Made by a program: the position numbers and the translations under genes
Notes under the pieces: model-generated
The model's input: only the letters and a program-made list of their open reading frames with translations
Told to the model about the DNA's origin: nothing
The model's database searches: none
Part shown: positions 12,501 through 28,355 of the stretch, in pieces
Layout of the letters: each line of letters starts with the position of its first letter
Numbering within the stretch: position 1 is the first letter of the stretch
Assembly: GCA_951406725.2 (NCBI GenBank)
Contig: OX597835.1
Coordinates: 25,234,001 to 25,298,000 of the forward strand
Direction: 5' to 3'
DNA length: 64,000 bases
DNA from: Octopus vulgaris
Lineage: Eukaryota

Positions 12501-15500
12501 TACCCTTATCAGACGGGTAGTTACGATGGGTATACTGGGCTTCATATGTTTTTACCCAGTGTCACTTTGGTGGCATGCACTGTTCTCTCACTCAGTAATA
12601 ATAATAATGATGATGACGATGACAACAATGAATGGCGCAGCAGCAGGCAAAAATGCCTTGCAATAATTTAGTTACAACCCTTTGCATTCCAAGTTCAATT
12701 CATGTGAGAGCCAGCTTTGCTTTTACTCCACTAGGGTTTGATTTCAGTAACAACAACCTAATCCTCTCACAAAATGTTTGATCTTTGAGCATGTGTTACA
12801 AAACAATTATTATGAAAAGAAAACGAAGTACCATCTATCCCTATATCAAGACAGATTATAACACAGGGGCTCCCTGTCAAACACCATCATGCTCCTAAAG
12901 CCGTAAGCTCTATGTAAACTGCAAACAATAATATGTTTCAAAAGGGTCAACTTGGGAAATTATGGTGCAGTTTTTATATTTCATATGAAAGGATATTTCA
13001 TAGGGTACAATTGATCCTTGGGAATATCACCAATAGAAAGGATTCGTTCACCTGGAAATAACAAAGAGATAAAAAAAAAAAACATTATTTTAAATAAATA
13101 AGTTACATATAGGTTTCCATTAAGTAATTAATATTTGCAATTTCTTTTAATTATTTTATTGATTTCTTTCATTGGGCATTAGCTATACTGGAGTACCACT
13201 TTGATCAGACCCAAATATTTCAGGTTGGTAACTTAGTTTATTAATCTTTGTGTGTCAAATTACAAAGTTAAAGGACACAGACATAAATACACACATACAT
13301 ACATATATAAGTTAAGAGACACATAGAAACACAGACAAACACAAATACATACATATACACACACACATATATATAAGTTAATATTTAAGTGCTCATAGTA
13401 CGCCTACAAAGCACGTTCACTGTCTATGGCTACCTGGTGTTGTCTGCGGTAATGACACAATTGTTGCTGGATCTGTCTCAGGAATTCCTCAGTGTCTGTT
13501 GAGTATGAAACAAATGATAGGGATGGAAAAGGGAATACTCGGGGAAACTTTATTGCTCACAATGATCATTTCAACACATCCTGCATCAATCCCTAGCTGG
13601 TGGGAAACTATACAGCTAGTTGTGGTGCATCCTTCAGTGTCTCATCAGGTGATGTAATGAGAGATGTCTCATTAAATGAACTTTGTTTCATTCAGGTTTA
13701 AGCTATTGGGCAGGAATGGTGAGAGACAGATTCCATTGGAAAGTTATAGATACAGGCAGGGAGTAATTAAGAAAAAAAAAAATAATATAATAAATATAAA
13801 ATGTACAATAAAGTAAAACATCAGTACCCAGATATAGTTACTTCGGCATTCATGTATCCCAACCCAAAATTATATGAGTCACAATTAGATGAGGAGCTGT
13901 CCAGATGACTAAATCACTTGATCGTAAATTAAAATCTTTGTGTTGGGCCTCTGACCAAGGCCCTAAATCTCTGCTCACGGTCTGGCTGACAGAAAAATAA
14001 GAGAAATTAAAAGGCAGATTGGACTTCCTACTTCACTGCTGAGTGTTTAGTGACAGAAGAAAGGTCATCCACCAAACTGGAAGAAAAACAAAACGACGGC
14101 TCCAATAGAACCGTCCCTTTCATGCAAACATCATAAAATGGAGGAGGAGAAAGAGTGAAAATAAAAAAGACAATAAATAAATAAACAGAATAAACAAATT
14201 GAGAGACATTGATGGAATGTTTAAGAGGAAATACTCACCATAACTAACAACAATTTTGCTAATTTCTCTAAACAATAACACGCCATTTGGAGAAGAAACA
14301 TCAAACTGTAACCGCTGTGAGCTGAAAACAACATTCAGACAGGGATTTTGAAAACAAGAAATTTATTAATTTAAGGAAATTAAATATATAAAAAACAAAA
14401 ACAGTTAAGATTATAAATTTTCAGAACTATTAACCTCTCATCGTTATCTCATTATCATCATTTTTACGCAGGTTCGTCAAGGCATGAATTGGATTCTGCT
14501 CAATACCGCAGACTTGTTTGACAGTAATCGCTTGACATGACCCTTAGTGGCTGGCAATATGTGTATTTCTGATCATGAGCAGAAGTAGTTGGGGAGCATC
14601 ATAGCCATATGTTGAGTAAGATTCTTTGGGGATTGAATAAAGGTAACAAAAGCAAGGGTTGAAGGAAATATTAGCCACTTTTCCTATTTTCTAAGGGTAA
14701 AAGGGTGCGATATACATGAGGAATATTTGAAGGATCTTGGGAATAGGAAGTTTGCGATTGCCCCAGCTCCCCTTCAGGGTTGGCGAAAGCAATGTGGTGG
14801 ACAACGAAAAACCTGGCTGATCTGGAACCCAACCTAGGCCCCCATATCTACGGCGTTCGCCGCTGGAATAAGGAGTGGTTGGAGATCATGCGGTCGTTAG
14901 CCTCAAATCGCCAGGCCTGGTCGGCATTTGTGAGAGATGCAGCATTGAGGATGAATGAAGCCAGCTCAACCCACCCCGGGTGAATGCTGTAAGAAGAAGA
15001 AGAAGAGTAAAAGGGTAAAAACACTATTCGGTCATGAATGACCATGGGATTGCACCTAGAAAGTTCCCTTCAAAGGCACAGGTCCAGGCAAGGTTGTTTA
15101 TGGAAGACTAGCAGTCACCCATGCATACCAGCCTCTCCTCTCTGCACCACTGACATTATCAAAGGGAAAGGCAAAGTCTGATACAGCTTAGCACCAGTGA
15201 CATCGTAACTCATTTCTACAGCTGGGTGAACTGGAACGTGAAATAAAGGGTCTTGCTCAAGAACACAACACACAGCCCAGTCCTGGAATTGAACTCACTA
15301 TCTCATGATTGTGAACCTGACACTCTAACCACTGAGCCCTGTGCCTTCACGCAAATAGGAATAACAGTTGCTACCCAAGGACAAAGATGATGTTACACAG
15401 TAGAAGTGATCAAAACTTAGTGGAGATACAAATGTTTAAAATGGTTTAACATGTTTCATCTCCACAGATGAGGTTAATAGTAGGAAAACTGATAAACTTA

Positions 15501-17614
15501 ACAACTCATTGCAAATTTTTTCAAAAATGTTTAAATAATAGCAATACTATCAGTAATGGTTGAATTTCTTCCTTTTTTTAAATAATTTTAATATATCATA
15601 TCTATTATTCAATTCTAATATGGATAACTTGAGAAAAAGTAGGCTGTTTGTTTTTAATGTTGAATATTTTCAAACATGAGACACGTTGGCTGTAGAGCTA
15701 AACTTGCTTCCCTACAAACTATATGGTCAGAAGATCAAATGCCACACACTACCATTGGACTGTGCTTCATGAGTTAAAAGCACCTTACACCTCACCTACC
15801 CCCGTTTGCTCTTGTTGGCCTCCCTATCTTCAACAACACAAACACTTTGACTCCACAGCCATGCCAGGACACCACATTGGAGGGTTTAGTCAAACAAATC
15901 AAAGACCAGTATTTATTTTCTTGTTGTTGTGAAGACACATGGCTCAGTGGTTAGAGTATTGGACTCACAATCATGAGGTAGTGAGTTCAATTCCTAGACC
16001 AGGTGGCATGTTGTATTCTTGAGTAAGACACTTTATTTCACGTTGCTCCAGTTCACTCAACTGTAGAAATGAGTTGCGATGTCACTGGTGCCAAGCAGTA
16101 TCAGCCTTTGCCTTTTCCTTGGATAACATCGGTGGCATGGGGAGGAGAGGCTGGTACACAAGGGTGACTGTTGGTCTTCAATCAAACAACCTTGCTCAGA
16201 CTTGTGCCTCAGAGAGGAACTTTCTAAAACTTTCTAAGTGCAATCCTATGGTCATTCATGACCAAAGGGGCTCTTTACTATTACTTGTTGCTGGTACTTA
16301 TATCTATGGGTGTCTTTTCACTAAACAGGGACATAAATAAACCAACACTGGTTGTCACATGGTGGTAGGACACACACACACACAAACTTCTTATCACACA
16401 GTCAACCCCTGTACCTATACATAATTAATTTTTTTTTATATAAATTCAGAGATAAATACAAAACTGACAAATTTCCATATCATATTTTCCTTTTTTTCTG
16501 TGCATTGGTTAACATGGTTGACTCAATGCCACAATTGGAGAACTGTTTGAGATGACTCTTATACAACAAATGCGTCCTGGTTGCCATGGAGGTACTTACT
16601 TCCAACCATGTTGCAACAGACATTGTTACAAATCAAATTTTGCAAGTCTACCCTAATCCTAATTCACCAGAGGTTACTAGACATAATTTCTTGGAAAAGC
16701 GAAACTTGATTGATGAACCAGTAAAGGGGAAGACTATATTAATCAGTCAGCCTGCTAGATATGGCAACCAAATATCCCTCACAGCTAAAGTATCTTTGAT
16801 CAAAATCCACTGGATCAGGCTAAATAATTACAACAGCAGATAATTAACTGATTCCGAGTAAACACCTTAGACAAGACACATCACACTGTTCCCTCTCTGT
16901 TTGTGTGTATGTGTGTATTTATATATATAAATATATATTTTATCTTTTATTTGTTTCAGTCATTTGACAGTGGCCATGCTGGGGCACCGCCTTGAAGGGT
17001 TTTAGTGGAGCAAATCACAGAGCCCAGAACTTTTGTTTTAAAGCCTGATACTCTATCAGTCTTTTGTTGAACTGCTATGTTACGGGGACACAAACACATC
17101 AACACCCATTGTCAAGCAGTGCTCAGGGGAGAAACACACACAAAGACACACATATATACAACAGGCTTTTTCAGTTTCCTACTAAATCCACTCACAAGGC
17201 TTTGGTCAGCCCGAGGCTATAGAAGACACTTGCCCAAGGTGCCATGCAGTAGGACTGAACCCAGAACCATATGACTAAGAAGTAAGCTTCTTACCACACA
17301 GCCCAACCTGTGCCTATATATATATATATATATTTCAGTCATTTGACTGTGGACATGCTGAAGCACCGCCTTTAATCGAAAAAAGAGATCCCAGGAATTA
17401 TTTTTTGTAAGCCTAGTACTTATTCTATCAGTCTCTTTTGCCAAACCGCTAAGTTATTGGTTTTCAAGTGATGGTAGGGCGACAAACAGATATAAATATA
17501 TACATATATGTACCCAAGGCTTTAGTAGAAAACACTTGCCCAAGTTGCCAAGCAGTAGGACTGAACCAAGAACTATGTGGATGGGAAGCAAGCGTCTTAC
17601 CACACAGCCATGCC

Positions 17615-17657
<43 letters not shown>

Positions 17658-20600
17658 ATATATATATATAAAATCATCATCACCATGATATACACATGCA
17701 TAGCATGTTTAAACCATCAAAAACGGTAGTCTCCCGAGTGTTAGAAAGACACTTCTGCAATTTCATGCTGAACAACCTGCACGAATGATCGGTTTACAGT
17801 GATCAGATGTTAGTGCTGCACGAGCTCACCTCCTCCATCAAATCCACAATACCTGTACAGGTGCACAGTGTGCAGCACGTCACATATTAAAGTGATCACA
17901 ATGAGAGACAACATGCTTTACACCGCCTGGCCTGGGAATTGAACCTATGATCACGTGAGAGCGAGTGCAACACCCAACCACTAGCCCATGCGCCCTCGCC
18001 TCTAACACTATTAGTATTATGGTTAGTAGCATACAACAAACATTATTAGAGACCTTAGCCCTTTGAATCTGCAAGTATGCTTTAGCTGGAGTGATTTCAT
18101 TTGAATGTACCCACTGGAAGACTCAAGAGCAGGTAGCCACGTTGTTTGCTTTTTATGACTCACTAAATAACAAAAACACTGTTATTCATCATCATCATCA
18201 TCATTTAACGTCCGTTTCTCATGCTAGCATGGGTTGGACGGTTCGACCGGGGTCTGGTAAGCCATGGAGGCTGCACCAGGCTCTAGTTTGATCTGGCAGA
18301 GTTTCTACAGCTGGATGCCCTTCCTAACGCCAACCACTCCGTGAGTGTAGTGGGTGTTTTTTACGTGCCACCGGCACAGGAGCCAGAGCAGGCTGGTAAA
18401 TGGCCACAATCAGTTGATGCTTTTATGTGTCACTGACATGGATGCCAGTCAGGCGACGCTAGTATCTGCCACATTCGGACGGTGCTTTTTATGTGTCACC
18501 GGCACAGGTGTCTTAACTACAATTTCCATTTGAATTTTTATTTTGATGTTGACGCTGACATACTTGACTCAATAGGTCCCCTCAAGAACAGCGGGTCACT
18601 CTACGATCCAAGGTCAGCACAGCAGGCCGTCCTGCGAGCATGAACTCACTTCATCTGTCGGGTCTTCGAATCCTCAAGATTGTTATTCTCAACAATAAAT
18701 ACAAAAACTATGTGGCTGTCCAGTTTTGTGTCTTCCAGGGGTATAGTCAAATCGCATCACTTCCCACTAAAGTATACTTGTTGATTCAAAGGGTTAAATC
18801 AGTAAGAAACAAGGCATATTAAATTTCAGATTTATGGGGAAGAGAAAGCAACATAGGAGGAGGCATTCATGCCTTTCTCTAAAAGTATTAATAAAATGAG
18901 ATAGACAGAAATTTTTTTCATTAAGGAAGTCTTCCTGTATCTAACATGCTACAGGACCACATTATAACAAGCACATATAATATTAAACTTATATTTACCG
19001 ATTCTGAGCCAGCTCAGCCATAAGTTTTAAAACAGGCGTCGTAACAGATGGATCGTGGTACCACAGTTCAACTGCCCGATGTAATACTGGTGTGTAAGTA
19101 GGATAGCTGGTGTTAATTAAGGAGGTGATAATAACATCATTTCAATTAGCAACACTAATCACAAACACTGACCTTTGCGACAGAAGAACCTCATTAAGAA
19201 ACAAATGAGTTGAGGATGGGCAGGAGTAGTTTTTTCTTTTCTTATTCAACATCAATAAATTACTGCTAGTTGTCTGAAAGGTTGTCCAGATGTTAAAACA
19301 GAACAGAGCCGGGTCTATAGAACAATATCAGTATAGGCGGCGAACTGGCAGAAACGTTAGCACGCTGGGTGAAATGCGTAGCCGTATTTCGTCTGTCGTT
19401 ACATTCCGAGTTCAAATTCCGCCGAGATCGACTTAGCCTTTCATCCTCAAACATGGTCCTCTACGCACTCACTACTCCGCAACCTTTTTCTCACTTGTAG
19501 TACACTATTCTTTTCAAAGTTTGGGTAGTAAACCTAAATAAATAGTTATCTAAATAATAGCTCATGTGCTTGAGCAGACTATCAATCATCAACAACAACA
19601 TTTAACATCCATTTTCCAAGCTGGCATAGGTTGAACGACTTGACAGGAACTGGCAAGGCCAGGGTTGCACCAGCTTCCATAGTCGGTTTTGGTTTGGTTT
19701 CTACAGCTGGATGCCCTTCCAACTACTTTACAGAATGTACTGTGTGCTTTTTATGTGGCACCAGCAACCACACCAATGCTTTTTATGTGGCACCTTGGTT
19801 TAGAATCTCAATTCTGTTGTAGTGGGAGGGTCTTATCGAGTACAGCAATGCACCCCATATCTCGGTCCTCTGATCTACACTACAGCATCTATAAGTCATA
19901 ACTAGTTGTTACACCAACAGCCTTCACACTCAAGAAGAGCAGATTTAGATATACACAACAACAGCATCTAAATCACAGCGAGTCATTTTAACTGACTACC
20001 CTCATGCTTAAGCAGAACAGACTTGGATCTTTTTAAAATCATCATCATTTAATGTCTGTTTTCCATGCTGGCATGGGTTGGACAGTTTGACAGGAGTTGG
20101 CAAGGCTGCGAGCTGGCAGAAACGTTAGCACGCCGGGCGAAATGCGTAGCCGTATTTCGTCTGTCGGTACGTTGTGAGTTCAAATTCCGCCGAAGTCGAC
20201 TTTGCCTTTCATCCTTTCGGGGTCGATAAATTAAGTACCAGTTACACACTGGGGTCGATGTAATCGACTTAATACCTATGTCTGTCCTTGTTTGTCCCCT
20301 CTATGTTTAGCCCCTTGCGGGTAATAAAGAAATAGGAGTTGGCAAGGTTGGAGGGTTGCCCAGGTTCCACGTCTGTTTTGGCATGGTTTATACAGCTGGA
20401 TGCCCTTAATACACTAAGAGGCATAAATCCGAATCAGAGAGAGCCTGGCAGGTCCACTGATGATACTTGAACTCAGCATCTACTGCTGACCAGGTGACCA
20501 TACAAACACACATGCAGACGCTTACTGCACTCAGCCATTAGATTCTGCAACAACCTTCCAAAAACTGATTCCACAGGCTGCTGTTACAATTAACATTCGT

Positions 20601-23175
20601 TAGTGACTTCCAATGAAACCAAGGCCTGAACAAATTTACAGGTGCATTCACCTTTTGCAGCTTTGCAAACCAACAGAGCCTTCATTCATACTCTTCACCT
20701 ACTATCTCATTATCTTCCATCTTGTCCCTTGAAGGGGTGCCCAGATACCTTATCTCCACCACACTTTCTCTCTTTCCTGCTGGGGTAACCAAGTAGTTCC
20801 TCCACAGCATGTCCATCTTTCCAACTTTAGCCTCTCGACAACCAGCATAGCGCCTTCTCCCTCAGTATTGCACCCTCACCCTGTCAAGAGGTCTTGTCTT
20901 GCAAGTTACTCAGTGGCCTCACTAGTGCTAGTACCCTGAAGGAAAATGTACCTGGTAAAATGGTTGGTGTCAGGAAGGGCACCCAGCCGTAGAAACCAAG
21001 CAACAACAGACAGTTGGAGTCTGGACATTTCCTTGGTAACCAGCTTCATGTAAAACTGTCCAACCCATGCCAGCATGGAAAGCAGACATTAAACAATGAT
21101 GATATGATAAGGGCATCCAGCCATAGAAGCCATGCCAAAACAGACATTGGAGCCAAACATGGTCCTCTAGCTCACTACTCCGCAACCTTTTTTCACTTGT
21201 AGTACACTATTCTTTTCAAAGTTTGACAGTAAACCTAAACTAAAAATGTAACTTAAAGTATAGGGACAAAATTATATTCAGGCTACACTGCGGTACACCT
21301 AGCACTGTCTCGTGACACACCAGTGTGCTGCAGAGCACTGCCCTAGCTCACCAGGTCCTGTCAAACCATTCAATGAACACCAGCATGGAATACGGATGTT
21401 AAGGCAATGATGATTATTTAAAATAAAAGACACAGCATGTATACTTGGAGTTAAAACTTTTGTTTACTCACATTTCTAATGACAGATGTGTTAGAATAAA
21501 TAGAAGTGGGATCATCATCATCATCTAATGTCTGCTTTCCATGCTAGCATGGGTAGGACGATTTGACTGAGGTCTGGTGAACCAGACTCCGATCTGATCT
21601 GGCAGAGTTTCTACAGCTGGATGCCCTTCCTAATGCCAACCACTCTGAGAGTGTAGTGGGTGCTTTTACGTGCCACCAGCGCAAGGGTCAGTTTGGTGGT
21701 ACTGGCAATGGCCACACCCAAATGGTGCTTTTTACGTGCCACCTGCACAGGAGCCAGTCCAGCGGCACTGGCGACGACCTCGCTCGAATGTTTCACATGC
21801 CACCAGCACAAGTGCTAGTAAGGCAACGTAGTAACGATCACGCTCAAATGGTGTGCTTAAACATACCATCGGCGCGAAGGCCAGCTTGTTGTTCTGGCAA
21901 CGATCTCACTCGTATGGTACTCTTAGCGCTCCACTAGCAAGAGATGCCAGTCACTGAGTTTGATTTCGACTTCGATTTCACTTGCCTCAGCTGGTCTTCG
22001 CAATCAGGGTAAATTAAGAAAAAGATAGTAAATAATGAAAATATTTGAAAAATTAATTCTAGTACTTTGTTTCATTTCATTTAATGATAAATCAAAACAA
22101 TTCAATGAAAAAAGGATACATCCAATCAAAATTCATCATATAACTAGTTTTGGTATTAAAGGCAAACGCAACACCTCGTAAATCTCGAGCCAGACCAATT
22201 AAGGACCTCTGCAATGAAAAAATAGAAAAATAATATTGAATTTTCTGGCATACAAATCAACGTAGTATACAGTGTAAACATGTAGGTCTAAACATTCAAA
22301 CATTGTTATTGTCTTTTCAAATCAAGGAATTTTTGGTCCTCCCAAAATTGCTTTGGTAAATAAGTCAGCCTTACCTATTTTGGCTGTAAATTTGGGTCGG
22401 AAAACTTCACAGTGTATACCAGTAGTTCAGACAACTATTCAATAATTCTGTATAATGTTACTGCTACAATAAAAAGTACTTAGTAGTTAGAGCATCGTGT
22501 TCACAATCACAAGGTAGTGAGTTCGATTCCTGGACCAGGCTGTGTGTTGTGTTCTTCAGCAAGACACTTTATTTCACGTTGCTCCAGTTAACTCAGCTGC
22601 AGAAATGAGTTGCGATGTTACTGGTGCCAAACTGTATCGGCCCCTTTGCCTTTCCCTTGGATAACATCAGTGGCATGGAGAGGAGAGGCTGGTATGCATG
22701 GGCAACTAGTGGTCTTCCATAAACAACCTTGCCTAGACTTAGGCCTCAGGGGGGGAACTTTCTAGGTACAATCCCATAGTCATTTATGACTGAAGGGGAT
22801 CTTTACCCTATCAAGATATGAAGTTACCCTCACACAAACACGTATACTTGGCTGGTGTTAATGTTTGTAACAAAATGGACTCTGTCAGCCCTTTAGCATT
22901 TAAACTGGCCAAATCCAGCCCAAATATTTTCACTGGCCTCTCACACCTTCCCACAATGTCATTCTAAAAATAAACAACCACATCACTGAGATCTAGGCAC
23001 AGGTATAATTGAGTGGTAAGGAGTTTGCTGTCCAACCACACAATTCCAGATTCGATCCCAGTGCATCGCATGTTGTGCAAGTGTCTTCTACTATAGCCTC
23101 AGGCCAACCAAAGCCTTGTGAGTGGATTTGGTAGAAAGAAGCTGCAAGAAGCCCGTCATGTATGCGTGTGTGTGC

Positions 23176-23232
<57 letters not shown>

Positions 23233-25399
23233 TGTAAAATGTACCCACTACACTCTCAGAGTGGTTGGCATTAGTAAGGGCATCCAGCTGTAGAAACCTT
23301 CCAAATCTGATTAGAGCCTGGCACCATCACCAGTACATTTTACATGACACTTGTACCAGTGCTTTTCACCTGACACCTAAGGCATCAAATATTAGAGTGG
23401 GGGAAGTATAATAAATGAAATCAATCCCAGTATATGACTGGTACTTTAGGGGTGGTTGGTAGTTAAAAAGCTTGCTTCTCAACCATGCAGTCTTGCGTTC
23501 AGTCCCATTCTCATGGCACCTTGAGCAAGTGTCTTCTACTATAGTTCCAGGCCAACCAAAGCCTTGTGAATGAATTAGGTTAAGAGAGAAACCTATAAGA
23601 AACCCATTACATATGTGTCTGTGTCTTTGTCCCCCCCCTACTTGACAACTGGTGTATGTTTGTTTACAGTCCTGTAACTTAGAGGTTAGGCAAAAGGGAC
23701 TATCAGAATAAGCAGCAGGTTTTACAAAAATAAGTACTGGGGTCTCGATTTGTTTGACTAAAACCCTTCAAAGTAGTGCTGCAATCCAATGACTGTGACA
23801 AATATACGATAAAAAATATCTCACCTTAGCTTCTTCCATTTTATTTTGGGTGTTTGCATTGGCAAGCATGTTTCCGACTGCATCAAAAGCAGCTGCAAAG
23901 AATAAGGAGAAATGTAAAGTTAGAAAGGGAAAACAGAAACCCAAAGAGCAGGATCCAAATGAAAAGCTTAAAAATCACACCAAGATCAACTTAACTTTGC
24001 GTCCCTTTAGGCTTGCACCAAGAAACAACACTCTAGCATTGCCTCACTGTAATGATACAGCTGCAAAAGGAACAGTCTGCCAATCTAGTTAAAATCCTAT
24101 GCTTGACTGACATAGAGCAGGTACCAGATGTTGCTTTCAACAGATAGAGAGAAAGAGAGAAGCCACTGTACCTCACTGTATCACACTACCCACCTCAAAT
24201 TTCTCAGCCCAGAGCAGTCACGTGGCTAGGGCTCTTTCCTGCCAATATCCACCCCATGCAGGCCTGTACAGCTACAAGAGACGCTGCCCTACTGATACAG
24301 GCCGAAGCATGACTTTCCAGGGGCAAATGCTTGGTCTCGTGTGACTAACAAACAATCTGAAGACAATGACAACAATGACATATTTACAAAGTCAGAAAAC
24401 AGCACAGCTCCCATGACTTTGGGAAACATTTTTTCACGCTGAGAGTTGCTGAAGCATGGAACAAACTGCCGGCATCAGTTGTTAGTTGTCGGAGCACTGC
24501 ATCCTTCAAAACTGCCATGCTTTCTGAGATTCGCCAACACTACACCTGATTTTCTCCCCTCCATACACACACAAGCATGTATCTGACTCATGCATTGTTC
24601 GCTTTCCAGACATTTGTACATTAATGCATATACCCTATATGCACTTTCTGACAAGTTGTGGTGCACCTGAGCACTGTATACAATAATTTCATTATTATTA
24701 TTATTATGACAAGCCCTAAAGACAATATGAATAATATACTTACATGTAAGTGGTAACATAAACTGGTCAAACTTCTCTTCATCTTCACCCAGGTCTACCA
24801 GCAGTAACCTACCAAGTGCCGTGTAAAATGTGGTCCGGCACCTCATGTCTGCCATAATGTTACCGTTTGTGTTCACTCCCAGGAATGGGAAGTGGTCACT
24901 CTATGGAAAGGAATACAGTGTTTGATCAATGCATTTTTCATTTTTTATAACTAATTAATATACAATGAGCAGAAAACTTCAACAAAATATCTCAAAGTAC
25001 ACCAAACATATACATTATATATATATGGGTTTTAATGACGTTTGTATTCACACAAACACTCATACACCCACATACCCACATAAATATGCATGAAAACATT
25101 TATATACATTCGTAGATGTGTACATATATACGTAATATAATTTTGTACATTTGCCTGCCTCCCTTGTTGTGTGTGTGTATGTGGTGTAATATGTGTCTAT
25201 ATATATAAAATTATTATTTGGGGAAATAAAATCCAAACTTACAAGGAAAAAAATTCAACTTAGAAATACTAAATCAAATTTCACACAATATATATATATA
25301 TATATATAAAAAATTAATTTTTTATAAATATATATATATTTCATTTTTCATTTCATCTAGTTTCAGCTCACAAGCTATGGCCATGCTGGTGCACTGCCA

Positions 25400-25443
<44 letters not shown>

Positions 25444-26873
25444 TGCATACATACACACACACAAAAGCATACTTTCATACATGCATATACATACACGCAC
25501 ACACATATAACATACTGATGTCTAATGTAATTTAAAAAAGAACAGATTGAAGATCTATACCAGTGGTTCACAACTGGGATCCACATGGCCCCTGTAGGTC
25601 CATATAAGATTATTGGGAGTTTCAAGCAAAATAGCAGATTGGGAATCTACAACAGTGTATTAAGGGTCCATGAAAAATTTTTGCTTTACATGTATTTGTT
25701 CCAAGAAACAGCCAGGTTTCTTTCTTTAACATTTTACATAGTTCAACGAACACAGGTTAAATGGTGAAAAACAAAATGGAAATTTTGAAAGAATCATCTG
25801 TAAAAATAGTTTGTAAACATCAACTGGTTACGGGGGTCTGCCAAAATAAAATAGTAATCAAAGGGAGCCATAGATACAAAAAAATGGTTGAGAACCACTA
25901 ATCTATAATATTATTTGGCTTTAACTATGGAACAAAACCAAAAATGTTATCTGTTACACACAACATTTACATTTGATGGATATTTGTCCTCATCTTGTTT
26001 GTTGTTACCACTAACGTTTCGGCTGGTATACCCTCAGGCCTTCATCAGGTGTCTTGGGGAAATTTCGAACCTGGGTTCTCATTCCTATGGTATTTTTCAA
26101 TGTTGTTGTTATTACTATCATTATTATTATTATTCTGGTCACTGAATAACAACAAACAAGATGAGGACAAATATCCATCAAATGTAAATAATGTAAATAA
26201 GCTAGGATGTTTAGGACAAATTTATGAAAATGCTTTGGGCAGGCATGTCCTGTAAATCACCTGATACACAGAGCATATATCCTGGTGTCTCTGCATCATA
26301 TCTGATATATATTCTTTTTCAACCACCAGAATAACTTGGGTCTTATATGAAAGGAAAGCTTTATGTTACTTAGAACATATGAAACAAACTTATGAAAACA
26401 CTCCAGACAGACAAAGAGTTAAAATGGTTTTAAAGGACCATCAAGGTCGGAAGTTTAGTTTATTTTCTTTCTTGGTCTACCCCTGTGCCTCCTGCGAGTT
26501 AACTCAGCTCATCACTGCAAATTATATAAAAGTGATAGAAAGGCAGAGGTTCTACAATGTAATCAGTAACACTATCACTCAGCAAAACAGAATGGCAGGT
26601 GTTCCATGACATAGCCACTTACCAAATAGCAATTAAATCCTAACAATAGACCTGTTGTTTTATTTAAATTTATAACACTATTTACATACTCTCTTTTACT
26701 CGGTTCAGTCATTTGACTGCGGCCATGCTGGAGCACCACCTTTATTCGACTTATTCTTTGTAAGTCTAGTACTTATTCTATCGATCTCTTTTGCCGAACC
26801 ACTAAGTTACGGGGACATGAACACACCAGCATCGGTTGTCAAGCGATGTTGGGAGGACAAACACAGACACACA

Positions 26874-26934
<61 letters not shown>

Positions 26935-28303
26935 GACAGGCTTCTTTCAGTTTCCGTCTACCAAATCCATTCACAAGGCTTTGGTCGACCCGAGGCTATA
27001 GTAGAAGACACTTGCCCAAAGTGCCACGCAGTGGGACTGAACCCAGAACCATGTGGTTGGCAAGCAAGGTACTTACCACACAGCCACTCCTTTTATAAGT
27101 AAAATTAGTGCAGCGTTAATATTAGTTTCAACCTCTGGCATAAGACCAGCAATTTCAGGGGAGGGAGTAAGTTGATTACATTCATAGCCACCACACCTAC
27201 CCCACTCGTTCCTTGTTTAACTGGGACTTATTTTATCAACCTCAAAAGGATGAAAGACCAAGTCAACTTTGGTGGAATTTGAACTCAGAACGTGAAGACA
27301 GACAAAATGCTGCTTAGCAGTTTGCCTGGTCTGCTAACGATTCTGACAGCTCGCCACCTTTAGTTCAGAGTCAATATTAGAAAAGCAGAGAATAGTAGTA
27401 GTAGTAGTAGTAGTAGCAGCAGCAGTAAAGTGGATTAAAAAAGCAAGAGAGACTCACTGTGTGGTTATTGAGCATGAGTTGTACGGCTTCTAATTTGACT
27501 AGTTTGCGGCCACTACTGTAACCGACTGATAACTCACTCAATAACAGAAGTGTTTTCGTGATAATTTGTTCACTCCGACCCCAATATTTCAAGTTTGTAA
27601 TGCTGTAGAAACAGAAATAAGTAAGATAAAAAGAAAAAAAAAAATGACAAACATAGCAAATATTATTAAATATACACAACAAACAAAACAAACTACTTCA
27701 TTCTAGATTGTATCAAAGATAAAAACAGCAAATGCAACAATTTCAATTGGATCGGTTATGGTGCACGGCTCAGTGGTTATAGCATCAGGCTTACAATCAT
27801 GAGGTAGTTAGTTCGATTACTGGCCTGGGCTGTGTGTTGTTTTCTAGTGCAAGACACTTTATTTTACTTTGTTCCAGTTTAATCGGCTGTAGAAATGAGT
27901 TGTGCTGTCACTGGTGCCAAGCTGTATCGGCCTTTGCCTTTCCCTTGAATAACACTGGTGGCATGAAGAGGAGAGGCTGGTCTGCATGGGTGACTGCTGG
28001 TCTTCCATAAGAAACAATTTTGCCCGGTCACAGAATGTAACAAGGCTGACCCGATGAAATACAGGTAGAACTCGTTTTTGCCAGCTCAGTGGACTGGAGC
28101 AACATGAAATAAAGTGTCTTCCTGAAGGACACAACGCACAGCCAGGAATCGAACTCATGACATTATGACCATGAGCTGAATACCCTAACCACTAAGCTAT
28201 GTGCCTTCACATATATTTGTATGTATGCATAAATGTGTGTGCGCATGTATAAATATATATATTCATTTAGGCATACATACATTTATATATATACTTATAT
28301 ACA

Positions 28304-28355
<52 letters not shown>

